Positions 24,398 to 37,510 of a stretch of DNA of 64,000 nt are shown here, piece after piece. The position numbers and the translations under genes are program-made. The first letter of the stretch is position 1; the number at the start of each line of letters is the position of its first letter. This DNA is from Octopus sinensis (lineage: Eukaryota), in contig NC_043009.1 in assembly GCF_006345805.1 (NCBI RefSeq), positions 55,924,001-55,988,000 of the forward strand, read 5' to 3'. Below the pieces are notes generated by a model. It did no database searches, had not been told where the DNA came from, and saw only the letters and a program-made list of their open reading frames with translations.

Positions 24398-26228
24398 CTA
24401 AATGAAAAGCAAAATAATGTCATGTGCAACTGAGTTTTATTGTGCAGTATATGTAATTGCAATGTTGATAGTTATATAATTTTAATGTTTGATGAATGCA
24501 AATAAATAAGGCTTTCTTAATCGACTGTTACTAACTTCTTAGACATGAGGCAGGCGATTTTGAGATGAGGGTGGTAGTTGATTACATCGATCTTTACACT
24601 TTATTGGTTGTGTAATTTATCGACTACAAAAAGGATGAAATGCTAATTAGTCCTCAGCAAGATTTAAACTCAGAACCGAAACAGCCGGAAGCAGTACCGC
24701 TAGGTATATCTGTGACGTTCTAATGATTCCGCCAATTCATTTTTCTTAGAAATAATTGTCTCTGACATAGCCAAAAGGTTTGAAATTTGGTGGAACAAAA
24801 ATAATGGAATATATCAATCCCGCCCAGTACTACTTAACTGGTACTATATGTTGCAGAACCCGGGGATGAACGTCAAATTTGACCTTGTCATGATTTGAAC
24901 TTAGAATATAAAGAGCACAAACTAAATACTGACACTCTTGGGAATCTTCAAATCAGTCGTCATCCTCACTATTATTATTATTAGGGCGACGAAGTGGTAG
25001 AATCGTTAGAGCCCCGTGGTATTTCTTCCGACTCCTTGCGTTCTGAGTTCAAATTCCGTGTTTCACTTTTTTAGGGATGATGAAATCAAGTACCAGTCAA
25101 GTACTGGAGCAGATGGTACAGGCTAAGCCTCCACCTGTCAATATTACTTGACTTGTGCCTAAATCAGAAACCATGGTAGTGAAAATCCTTCGCGGTATTT
25201 CTTCTTGATATTTACATCCTAAGTTTAATTCCAAATGCCAGTCATCTTTTAGGGGTCGACAAGATAAAATAAGTGTCAAGTACTGACTTGCCTTCTCCCA
25301 TAACAATTGTTGGCCTTGTGCCTATATTTGAAGCCTCAACTATTATTAGTATTACCATTATAATAATATTATTCTGCTTCTGGCTGTCTTTATTCGTATT
25401 ACGCTTAGGTCATCAAGAGAATTTGTAACTCGAATGTAGAAATATATAAATATAGTAAAAAGAGAGGAAGGGGACAAAGAAACGGGAATCAGTGAAAAAA
25501 TAGAAAGAGGAAACACGAAAGAGAGACAGTGGGGTGAGATAGAAAGTCTATATCACTACAGACAGTGATAGGTAGGTAGGTAGGTAGGTAGGTAGGTAGA
25601 TAGATTTGCAACAATACAAGTTCAAACGCTCAGTTTTGTCTTTTTCTTAACACCATTGTACCTAATGTGTTAACGAAAATAGGAAATAAAATTACGAAAA
25701 GATAAATGTATGTTTTAAAGACCGTCTTTTATAGTATGAATTATTCTTTGTTACACTCGGACCTTTCTATGTATATTATTATTTCTTTTTCGTGTTATGT
25801 TGTCTTCTAAAACTTGAACTATATTTGTGGTGATCCAATTTTTGAATTCCTTGCGTTATCTTCTGTTATTGACGTATTCCTAAAGATTTAAAGTTTACCA
25901 TAAATGTTTGTTTATTGTTCAGCAGTTATACTTTTTAAAATATCCTCTTTCAAAACGAAAGTTTAGCCGCTATTTCATAAAGTTAAACGTTTTAAACATT
26001 GGACGATACGCTGAATGTTTTCCTAAATACTTTTTAAAATCCTTCTATCCATGTCTAACCCGTCCATTTCTGGCATTATAGAGTTTAGTGCTCTATATAG
26101 AATACTTTTCGTCATAGGTTTGCCCCGGTTAAAGTTTGTAGTGGTAAATAATAAAGAAATTGTGAGAAATTTAAGAAGTTAAAAATGAATAAAATAAAGA
26201 GAGACAAACGTGAAATGTTATTACTTAC

Positions 26229-26312
26229 TTTGTGTTCTGAAGGATTCAGACATTGCAAAGCATTGCAGAAATCCGTTGCAATCATACCTGCCGAACAGAG
26301 TCCCCAGCACAT
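26229..26312 (-). CDS. DHDH: DHDH-like copy B, coding exon 1 (MCWGLCSAGMIATDFCNALQCLNPSEHK)
   Basis: ATG at 26312, donor GTAAGT at 26228, 84 bp. Paralogous to 8212-8295. Confidence 0.92.
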
Positions 26313-26800
26313 TTTCCCACCTTTTGAAATGTGTTAACAAAATGTCGCAAATTTCTAATCCTCTTCTCCGTAGATGTTACACTACTTTTGGCTGTTTAGC
26401 TACTAGATCTCCTTGAAATATATATGACGATAAAAGTAGCAAGAACTATTATTAGCTGAGAGAGAGAGAGAGGGGGGGGAGATAGAGGGGAGAATTGCGA
26501 GAGTGGGAGAAAGAAGGAACAGAATCGCAAATGGTGTCGAAAGGAGAATCAACATGCTTTTGTGAAACATGTGTGTAAATGCAGGCGAAATAACATTAAC
26601 ATTCTTAGCCACAGAATTCAAAATATCAAAAAGCGATAAAGTTATTCTACACTTATCAAAAGAAAATATGACCTATGTAGATATGTACAAAACATACATT
26701 TGTTAATTTTTTTTTCTTCCACGATAAACCCACTGAACTGATTTCCCGCTGCATTGTCTCACTTTTTGAAATACCCAAACGAAATAAACATGTTTTGAAA

Positions 26801-27016
26801 CTCTTTTACTCTTTTACTTGTTTCAGTCATTTGACTGCGGCCATGCTGGAGCACCACCTTTAGTCGAGCAAATCGACCCCGGGACTTATTCTTTGTAAGC
26901 CCAGTACTTATTCTATCGGTTTCTTTTGCCGAACCGCTAAGTGACGGGGACGTAAACACACCAGCATCGGTTGTCAAGCAATACTAGGGGGACAAACACA
27001 GACACACAAACACACT

Positions 27017-27056
<40 letters not shown>

Positions 27057-27221
27057 TACGACAGGCTTCTTTCAGTTTCCGTCTACCAAATCCACTCACA
27101 AGGCATTGGTCGGCCCGGGGCTATAGCAGAAGACACTTGCCCAAGATGCCACGCAGTGGGACTGAACCCGGAACCATGTGGTTGGTTAGCAAGCTACTTA
27201 CCACACAGCCACTCCTGCGCC
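26801..27221 (-). mobile_element. SINE family 2, full length
   Basis: Close to the consensus shared with 13181-13578 and 59463-59857. Confidence 0.9.
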
Positions 27222-27236
27222 TGTATCAAATACATT

Positions 27237-27405
27237 CAGGGCCGGCCCTAGGGTTGCTGGCGCCGCGTACAAGCTGACGTGTAGAAGATGACGGTCGTGG
27301 AAATTTCCTTGTCTTTGTTACGCCTTCCTTGGTTCCCCTCCCCACTCAGCACATGGTGCCCCGGGGTACTACCCGAGTTGCCGCTGGTACATTGTGCTGG
27401 CCCTG
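27237..27405. mobile_element. Short hAT-type MITE
   Basis: TIRs CAGGGCCGGC...GCTGGCCCTG, with a near-perfect 8-bp TSD (AATACATT / TATACATT). Confidence 0.7.
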
Positions 27406-27527
27406 TATACATTATAATTAGGGTTCTAGTAACTGACTAATTTTCACAATGATGCTGTTATTGATGCTTGTTCCGGTGAAGAGTATCACAATTTGAGGGA
27501 CTCGATATATATGTGTTGGTAAAATAT

Positions 27528-27758
27528 ATTTCTTTACTGCCCACAAGGGGCTAAACATAGAGGGGACAAACAAGGACAGACGAAGGGATTGAGTCGATTA
27601 CATCGCCCCCAGTGCGAAACTGGTACTTTATTTTATCGACCCCGAAAGGATGAAAGGCAAAGTTGACCTCGGCGGAATTTGAACTCAGAACGTAACGACA
27701 GACGAAATACCGCTAAGCATTTCACCCGGCGTGCTAACGTGTCTGCCAGCTCGCCGCC
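27528..27758 (-). mobile_element. SINE family 1 with TSD
   Basis: 17-bp TSD TATGTGTTGGTAAAATA on both sides. Confidence 0.9.
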
Positions 27759-27987
27759 TATGTGTTGGTAAAATAAGCTGCTTATAAGTTTTATGTCACG
27801 TATAGTGAAAAATAGCGCAGTTGGGTTACAGGTTGTCTCACGAACTTGTCACTGATTCACTACATACCTTAGTTCGGTTATGACAAAAGAGTGTCTGTGA
27901 CAGAATCTAGAGCAAATACGAAAAGGGACAATTTAGAAAAAGCAGCGTTCTTTTATACATCTTGCCTATGTTTACAAGTTTTCATAA

Positions 27988-28215
27988 TCTATGTATATAA
28001 AACTGAGAATGTGTGTGTGTGAGTGCAACACTAAAACTCGAGAACTACCCAACTGATTTCCTTCAAGTTTTACACATGCATTACTTTCAACTTTTTGCCT
28101 AATGCAAACCCGGTATTACGTGTCAAATGTGAAACAATAACATCTCTATTGTAATGTGATATAATAGTCTCACTTTTATATGCTTTCACTTTCAATAGTT
28201 TCGCTTTTAATAGTT
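27988..28215 (+). mobile_element. Helitron 5' fragment
   Basis: A|TCTATGTATATAAAACTG start, like the 5' ends of the other Helitrons. It ends in the TA array. Confidence 0.55.
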
Positions 28216-28220
28216 TCACT

Positions 28221-29290
<1,070 letters not shown>

Positions 29291-30342
29291 TCAAGGTGTG
29301 ATATAATAAATATGTAACATACGGTATAACGATAAACAGGGCAAATTTTATCCATTTCTCTGTAGACTGAAAAACTGAACAACTTTAGTCGATTTTCGAA
29401 CCTTATATATAGGTGCAGGCGTGGGCGTGCGCTAAGAAGTTTGCCTCCCAGCCACATCGTTCTGGGTTCATTATACATACAACGGCGAAACATGCGCGCG
29501 TGTGCACGCGCACATACACATACACGCACACACACACACGCACACATACACACACACACATACGGGTTCCAGCGAGTTAGGGAAAAGATTATCAAAAGAG
29601 TTAGTAAATAAAACTAATCGTGGTTAAGACTAAAACTAGATAAATACATAGATAAAAAGAGGGGCAATGAACTCCAGTAAATCAAATTTAGACATCAGAG
29701 AAAATGCAGATAGTGTTAATATTCGTCATCAGTAAGGTGGCAACCCGGCAGAATCGTTAACACTCCAGACAAAATGCTTAACCGCATTTCGTCCGTCTTT
29801 ACACCTTGGGAATAATCCTACTCATTTTGTTTTATTTTTGGTAATTCCGGATGAAAATTTGAGTTAAAACGTAACGGCAGAAATTTTATTTTAGTGTGGT
29901 TACTAATTGTAACGGGAGAAATTGATTAGTAAGCATTATTATGATGATGTTGGAGTAATGCATGATGCAACGATAAATATTTGTTGTTATGACAGCATAC
30001 TGTAAGATGTGAAAGATGGACAATGGATGAAGTTTTAAGGAAACATTTATTTACCGTTACGTTACAATACCTTGCCTTGACGGGCAGGTTTTGATACATC
30101 CAAAAGCAAGCGAAGTAAAGTTTGAGTTTGGGTTCTCTTCATTGTTTAGTAGTTATTGCTGAGACAGATAGAATGATGTTGTAAGAGAACAGAATTGGAG
30201 CTAGTGAGAGTGAGACAGTGTGGGACGTTGTCTTTCTTTTTCCCTCTGGCCGTTTTGTCTGCCTACGTCTATGATTCTAGTGGTCGGTCCACTAACTGAT
30301 GCTAGCTCTCTCTCAACTCACGAGTTTGTTACCATGGTGACT

Positions 30343-30650
30343 AAATGATTTTTGCTTGGGGTGTGCTTGCTTATATAAAGATCCAGAAGGATAGATATAT
30401 CATTGAGAACAATAGATTTTGTTGGTGGTCTTGTTATCTCTATTCTAGCTTTTGGTGAAGTAGAAGAGGTTAGAAAGGGTCAAGTGGTGAAGACATTATT
30501 TCGGCCTAGCTAAAGGCATCTGGAAAATGTAAAACTGCTGTCAGAGAAAATCCATTGTTCCATCGTGGGAAAAGTTCTGTTGCAGTATTAATTTAAATTT
30601 GGTTATGGTGGATCGAATCCACTTCATGCATGCAACATTCACTACAGACG
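30343..30650 (-). promoter_or_regulatory. Putative core and proximal promoter of DHDH copy B (TATA at 30377-30370, Inr TCATTT at 30348-30343)
   Basis: TATATAAG lies 31 nt upstream of the Inr A (30346), the same spacing as in copy A. A candidate donor C|GTGAGT follows at ~30322. Confidence 0.6.
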
Positions 30651-30679
30651 TATTTTTTGTTTACATTCTATTTGAAAAA

Positions 30680-30870
30680 TATTTCTCTAAGGGCTTTGTT
30701 AGCAGGAAAGAAGTTGGAATATAAAGCCTGAAAGAATAGCATTTATGTGAAAGAAAAATAAAGAAATAAAGATAATCGTAATATCATAATTTTTTTCAAT
30801 TTCAAATTCAACTAAGACTATTATCACTAATACTGGGAACTTCTTATATATTTTTTCTTACATTCTGCCA
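30680..30870 (-). pseudogene. DHDH-like remnant D: 5' part of exon 4 (ALYSNFFPANKALREI, then a stop) plus upstream intron-3 sequence
   Basis: TTCTTTCAG acceptor at 30730-30728. The exon piece 30727-30680 aligns to copy B exon 4. 30795-30870 aligns to B intron 3 near 18790-18865. Confidence 0.75.
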
Positions 30871-32079
30871 TTGATTTTCTCTTTCGCTGTCTTGAGATAC
30901 TTTGAAAAGAATTTCCTCTTTTATATAAGATATTTTGGAGGATAATGTCTATCTGAGCTGCACAGCTGGAGTATTATTTTGGAGAAAAAATATGTGGATT
31001 TCAAGTTTGTGTGAAAAAGTGAGCACCAGAAGTAGAGTACATTTATTGTATGATCATTTGTCAGTCACTGATCTCAAAAACATTTTCAGATAACTAATCA
31101 ATGTGATAAACAGGGATAGCTAATCTTTAAACCAGGTCCATTTTGTGTGTGCATGCGCGCGCGTATATGTTATGAATAGAATGAACATACATAACAGTAA
31201 TATGTCTTATTGTTAGAAATCCTTCATCACAAATTTTGTAATATTTAAAATCCGAAAGTATTTGGAATACCGACATGACACGCTACATAAGGAAAATTCC
31301 GCAAAGTGCTGCTGCGAAGGTTTCAAGCAATCTGTTGTGTGCCTTTATGACAGGTACCTTCACCTCTCCTGCATGACCTTCCCCAGATAAGGTGATCTGG
31401 CCGTTGACATCAGTTTGCTATCAGCAGCCATCACAGTAGCACCTTTGCTCGTTACTCCTTGTAATTATCACCTGTTTTGTGCTCTGGTGGAAATGTCAAA
31501 AAGAAAAAAAAAATGCCCATAGGTAAAAGGAAAATATAGACAAAGTAAAACAAAGAAAATGCTGGAAAAAGTAGTTGGCAGAGAGGGAGAGAGAAAAAGA
31601 ATCAAACAGAGAGACTAAATAGCTGTCAGGTTTGTCAAATATGTTTATAAATCGGACGAAATAATACAATGTTCTCGCTCACTGAGTGCTAAACGCGACA
31701 AAACGATAAAAATAAAAAATAGCAAAAATGGCGGTGCCCCAGCATGGCCACAGCTTGTGAGCTGAAACTAAATAAAATTAAAATTTAAAAAATAATAATC
31801 GAAATGAAACTGTTTCACACACACAACTTGTTACCAGTTCAAATATTTGAACCCGTCATGAAGAAAATTTCTCGTTGCAGACAAATAGGTGTAAATACGC
31901 CGATTCAGGAGCTCAGATACAACAGTCTGGATAAGGCGGTTATGAGTTGATTCTGTATCTACACCTATTTGTCTATAGCTACGAATTTTTCTCAAAAACA
32001 AAATACGGTGAATGGCTTTATTTCGAGTTCGAATATGCCTAGAGCGTATTTGAACTAGAAACAAGTTGATATTTATATT

Positions 32080-33260
32080 AATCGCTGCTTATCGCTGTCA
32101 TGGTTGCAAGAATAAAATTCGTTCGCTTTTCCAATATTATTTGGATTAACACGAAAACTATTTTTATTGAAGTTGTTTTATGATAGCTCCATTCTTCCAC
32201 TACAGCTTTAAGTTAATCGTTTTTGAAATTTGAATAAAATTTACCTCTTTTTCAGACGTGTAATGATGGAGTGCCAATTAAAAACCTAAGTTTCAAACCT
32301 ACCAAAATCGTTCGAGACATCTGTGCTGTGTATCGAGAACGTACTATTACTGAGAGAATTGCACAGAAATCGTTTATACGCATCATGGAAGAGGAATTCG
32401 ATCTCAATCTTTCCCTGTTGTGGCCAAATTTTCAGTTCAAGAAACATCAATTGAACGAACTCATCCACGAGGACCCACGCCAGTCTGCTAGGAAATTGGC
32501 CAAACAGACGGATGTACTCATTACATTCATTCGATGAGTAAAGTCCAAAACTCGATGCATGTGTGCCACTTGCTCTAAACGAAAGAGAAACACCTGCGTG
32601 GACACAAACACTTGTGTAAGTGTGCCTCGCATCATCTCCAGGGATAAAAATATTACGTCAATATGAACTATAAGAAAGAATAGTTGAGTCCCAAAAAGCG
32701 AGCAACACCTTAAGCCAAGCCAGAGCAACATCCACAAAGACAATGATTTACTTTTGGTGGGATTAGGAAGGGCAAATCCACTATGAAATGCTTGAAAACA
32801 ATCACACGGTCAGTGCAGTGTTTTACGTTCTACAAATGTACCAGTTCAACAAAATAGTCCAGCTGAAACGACCAGACCAGTGATACGGCTGTGCTTCTTT
32901 AACACAAATCACACCCCCACCCATGCCGCTCATATGGTCAGAAATGTTATTCAAGAGTTCGGTTGGGAAGTTCTACCGTGCCCACTATATTCTCTTGATA
33001 CAGCGCCTTATTACTTCTGTTCGGTCACTCTCCAACAGATTGCGAGGCGCTTCCTTCAACAAGAACTTGAAGCTGAAAAGGTTGCTCGATAAATTCTTAA
33101 ACTGAAGACCTGGTGTTTCCTGACGTCAAGGCATTCGTCAGTTAGTAGAACGTTGGTAAGAAGTCGACAACGATGAAGGGGAATATATTCTTGATCGAGG
33201 TGTTAAACTTGAAGATGAATTGCAAGAAATAAAATTAAAAGACGAACGAATTTATCTGAC
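32080..33260 (+). mobile_element. Degenerate mariner transposon
   Basis: ATGGAGTGCCAA start. Encodes RDICAVY...EDPRQSARKLA...WEVL...YSLD.AP...LVERW*EV..EGEYI, with many stops. Confidence 0.85.
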
Positions 33261-33282
33261 AACTCTATAAGAGAGAGAGAGG

Positions 33283-33314
<32 letters not shown>

Positions 33315-33576
33315 GAGAATGGTAAAAACATCGCCAGGAAGAGTGTCAAAAAAAAATCCCATGATTCCTTTGCGCGTACAAAACAATTATAAGGAAGCAA
33401 AATCCCTGGCGCAAATGTATTGGATTTCAAATTACAACTGTTCATGAAATTTAATTTTTCTTTGTGAATTGCTTTTTAAAAATGTACCCCTATGAAAAAG
33501 GTTTAGCTATTATTTCATAAAGTATGTTTTAAGCACAAGACGTCTTTCTCTCTGAATACCCATGTTATTAAAATCC

Positions 33577-33718
33577 TTGGGTTGGCAACTAAGTTCCCGC
33601 CGTTTTTTAAATTTTAAATTTTTTAAAAGGTTTAATAAAAAATAACAACTAATCAATCAATAATGTATTCACCCTTATTGTTTACAACTTCTTCCCAACG
33701 TTCAACAAGATTTTCAAT
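33577..33718 (-). mobile_element. Mariner 3' end (TIR TTGGGTTGGCAACTAAGT), truncated by the pogo element
   Basis: Encodes LVERWEEVVNNKGEYIID*. The TIR resembles the mellifera-subfamily type. Confidence 0.75.
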
Positions 33719-33719
33719 A

Positions 33720-35790
33720 GGGGAGACCGGGGTTAGTTGACTACATTTTTTACATTTTCACTGACAGAGCAATACTGTTTAACGTATTCTACTGCATCTT
33801 GTATTACACGCATATATCAACCATAGCAGAATACTTACAAAGCTAGAGATCTCATCTGGTTATTGTCTGGATTTATATTTTATGCATTTTCTAAGACCAC
33901 TTAAATGTGTCAACTTGCCCTGATACCGGGGCAAGTTGACACATATAATGCGGTATGTTGACACATGAATGCATTTTCTTGGAACATACATGTTAGTGGA
34001 CAGAATCACATGAAATAAGCTTGTTGGTTTGATCAATGGCTTTTATTACTGTTTCATTACATATCCTTATCAGAGTCACAATTTGAGCATGTGAATATTG
34101 TCATACCTGGTGTGCATGCCTCGTGAGCTCAACCTTTACAATCAGAGCATTGAAGCCACGCTTCCCTTCCTTTGCTGTCGGAAAAAGGCTCGCAGCACAC
34201 TAAGCAATAGCACTCTTCCTCATCAGAGGTATCACTTTCTTGAATTTGAACTTTTTTCTTAACAGTTGGACCTTTTCCCTTCATTGACCTGCCCTTACTG
34301 AGTCCCTTTCCTATCGTTCCTTTATCAATGTTTGTCTTCTTTTTACTTTTACTATGATTGCTCTTTTAACCGGCGAGTCAGTGAGGATTTCAGAACATCG
34401 TTTCTTTCTTCCTCTGGTTGATTCTTTCTTAGGGCCTGCTCTGGGTAGTGGACGGGTTTGAAATGGTGAAAGAAAAGACCAGGCACATATGTTGCTTGAA
34501 GGCTCAGGTGCTGAAAGTGCAGGATCCGGTCGGTCAGTGACATAGATTGGTGCAAAGTTGCTGTCTGTGAAAATGTTGCGATTAACAGGGCATATTCCTG
34601 TAGAAGAAAAGCCACTAAGAATGTTCGTCGAAGTTGCAGTCAATGGCCATGCAGTTTTGACAATACACGGAATGTCATAAATGGTCATAGTCTGGCCAGG
34701 ATGGTTGATATGCCAGTCATCAATGGCAGTGTTTGTGTACTTCTTCAGTGGTCTATAGACCGCTTTGTCCAATGGCTGTAACCTGTGTGTGCAGTGATGG
34801 GAAAGAAAGCATGGTGGTGCCATTGTCTGAAGCATAAGTCAGCCCCTCGATACTAAGGTGGGAATCGTGATTGTCCAGCAAGAGAAGGCACGGTGACTGC
34901 TTTGAACATTTCACATTCCTCACAAAGTGTTGAAGGAATTTCACAAACTGCTCCTCACACATCCAACCAGATGGATTAGCACCTCCATCGCTGCCTGATG
35001 GTCCATTGTTCAGGGAATGTGGCCTAAAGTTCTTCCGGGGAAAAACAAAATGCAGTGGTATGCTGTTTCCAGCGGAATTTACACAGCTTTCCAATGTGAC
35101 CAGAGGTCCCCTTTCCACACTTATCATTTTCCCCACTTGCTTTGTTCCTTTTCTGGCAATAATTCTATCGGGGCGCTGCACAGTTGTTATGTCAGTTTCA
35201 TCCATGTTGTAGATATTGAATGGATCAAACTTATACCGAAGAATCACCTCAGCAAGTTGGTTGAAAAACATAGCAACATTTGTCTTGTTGAAACTTGTTT
35301 CCCGTGCCAAGCTTGTTGCCTGTGGACTTCTTATAAATAAATTCTTGTGTCGTTGAAGATATCCAGAGAACCAGTCTTCACCTGCCATTTCTGTCTCATG
35401 CCAGGTTGGAGGGATATCACATCCATGTGCCTTTGACAACTGAAAAGTCAATTTCCGCACATCCTTTGGAGCAAGCCTATAGTAAATTTCTGTGGCAGCC
35501 AAAACATAAGCCTCTGACTGATTCTCGAACTCGTCGGTGAGAACTTGCCGTGGCTTTTTGTATCCACTAAGACTGTGATCGTTGTTGTTTGCTTCAGCGG
35601 CCTTGGTGCAGTAGCGAGACAGAGGTTTTAAAGGGATGCCAAATGTCCTCGAAGCTTCCCGCAAGGAGATGACACGAGCTCGGACCTGTTGAATAGCCTG
35701 TTGGATTACATCCTGTGGAAGGGTTGCCCTCTCGCTTTTGCGTTTGTAGTGTCGCACCATGACAATTGTAGATCTAGGTCTGTAAAGAGA
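33720..35790 (-). mobile_element. Pogo-like DNA transposon: HTH_psq / CENP-B-type HTH / DDE_1 / C-terminal PHD finger, with frameshifts
   Basis: ORF 34753..35760 has NMDET and LLDNHDSH. ORF 34311..34835 has HRLQPLD. A PHD remnant CLVCCEPF..WLQCSDCKG*AHEAC..FTCSNC lies at ~34070-34215. Terminus TA|GGGGAGACCGGGG at 33720; the other TIR is not found. Confidence 0.9.
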
Positions 35791-36249
35791 GAGAGAGAGA
35801 GAGAGAGGGAGAAAAAAAAAGGCATTTTAGCTCATTGCATAATCCAACAGTGAAAGCAAAACGAAGCTCTGAGTGTTTACCTACTTTTTAGTTTCAAGCA
35901 TGCCTGGTCACGGCATAATTTCATGCTTATATATCAGTGGTACAGGTTACAAAGCTGACGCAGTATACAAGCTGTTGGCGACTGTAGGTAGCGGTATGAA
36001 GATAGAATAGGTTGGTATAGATAAAGATAGCTGATCTAAAACTATAGTAAGCAATACATAAATTACTCAATGAATTGATCCAATGTACCAGACATGAATC
36101 AAATTGTTCTTAATCTCCATATCTTAAAGTATGTAATTCTTAAAAAAAAATCGAAAGACCTTAAAAACGAAAGACAAAAATTGCGAACTTAAAAGTTTGC
36201 TAAACATGTTATCTCTCTTATACAAAGTTTCGCGGGCGTCGTGTCTCGG

Positions 36250-36490
36250 TAACTGTCGACACTTTATTAGTGTATTTCAAAGGCGAAACAACGCGCTGGG
36301 GACTATGTTCGGCAAGTTTAATTGCAAACGATTTCTGCAATGCTTTGCACTGTTTAAAACCTTCAGAACATGAAATAAATAATGACTTTTTTCCTTTCAT
36401 ATTTACCTATCAATTTTTAATTTTATTAAGTGACGCAGTGACATTTTTAATTTCATTTCTTCTGTATTTGCAATTAAGAGCTTCAACCGC
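36250..36490 (+). pseudogene. DHDH-like remnant C: inverted exon 1 (36291-36374) with flanking sequence
   Basis: Reads TRWGLCSASLIANDFCNALHCLKPSEHE. ATG is ACG, the donor GT is AT (ATAAAT), and the Rossmann Gly is Ser. Intron-1 homology runs to CTTCAACCGCT at ~36490. No further exons were found. Confidence 0.85.
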
Positions 36491-36665
36491 TCTTCTTAGA
36501 TGTGGATCAGCTCAGACTGCTGATGAAAGCCATTCCATAGGGAGCATTAAACTGTAACTACGGCAGAAAAAAAAGATGGAATGGTCACAACTGGAAAGCT
36601 TCTAAAAACACGGATATTTAGGGGGAAAAAAAGACAACATATCATTTTAGTGTAAAACATTCAGC

Positions 36666-37510
36666 GGATCTTTTCCTTTTGAACAGCACATGTCAACACA
36701 ATTTCTAGTTAACTAAACATTTTTAAACTTCGTATACTGGTAGGATGTGTTTATAAAACATCATTTTTTCTTGGCTTTATTGAAAAAATTCTATAGTTTG
36801 TAAGATATTTCGTCTGGAATTTCGAGCATTTCGGCAATTTTAACCAATAGCTGACCTCCATTTGGGGTGAAAACATTCCGTACTGTATGAATGTGTCCCT
36901 CGTTTAAGAAACAGATTGGGTTTATTTACATTTGCGAAGAAAAAAAGATACCCTTCCCCCACACCTAACCCTAACCCTACCCTTAACCCTAACCATAACC
37001 ATAACCATAACTCTAACTCTAACCCTAAAATAGATTGAAATGCAATAGATCGATACTAGGGTTATAATTATGGGTGAAAATTTCATAAGACACTGCTACG
37101 GAAAATGGGATTTTTTTCTAGCGGCGTCAAATACCCGGAGATTGCCGGAGATAGGCGGAATAGAGTGAGATAGGCGGAGATATAGTGAGATAGGCGGAGA
37201 TAGGCGGAGACAGAAAGAGATAGGCGGAGTTTATTGGAGATTGCTCCAGTTTGCCGGATTTTGCCGTAGATTGCCGGAGATTACCGGAGATTGCCGGAGT
37301 TTGCCGGAGATTGCCGGAGATTGCCGGAGATTACGAGAGATTGCCGGACATTGCCGGAGATAACCGAAGATTGCCAGAGATTGCCGGGAAAAACTTTTCA
37401 AAAATTTTCGTAAAAATTTTCAAAAAACTTTCCAAATATTTTGATAAAAATTTTCAAAAAACTTTTAAAATTTTGATAAAAATTTTCAAAAAGTTTTGAA
37501 AAATTTTGAT
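36666..37510. mobile_element. One arm of the Merlin-like element, followed by an internal (GGAGATTGCC)n minisatellite and AAAATTTT-rich repeats
   Basis: 36666-37100 aligns to 21467-21877. 10-mer tandem repeats lie at 37135-37390. Confidence 0.8.

Noticed and set aside
37251-37499. 82-aa ORF with RRLPEIAG repeats
   Set aside because: It is a translation of a 10-bp minisatellite and AT-rich repeats.
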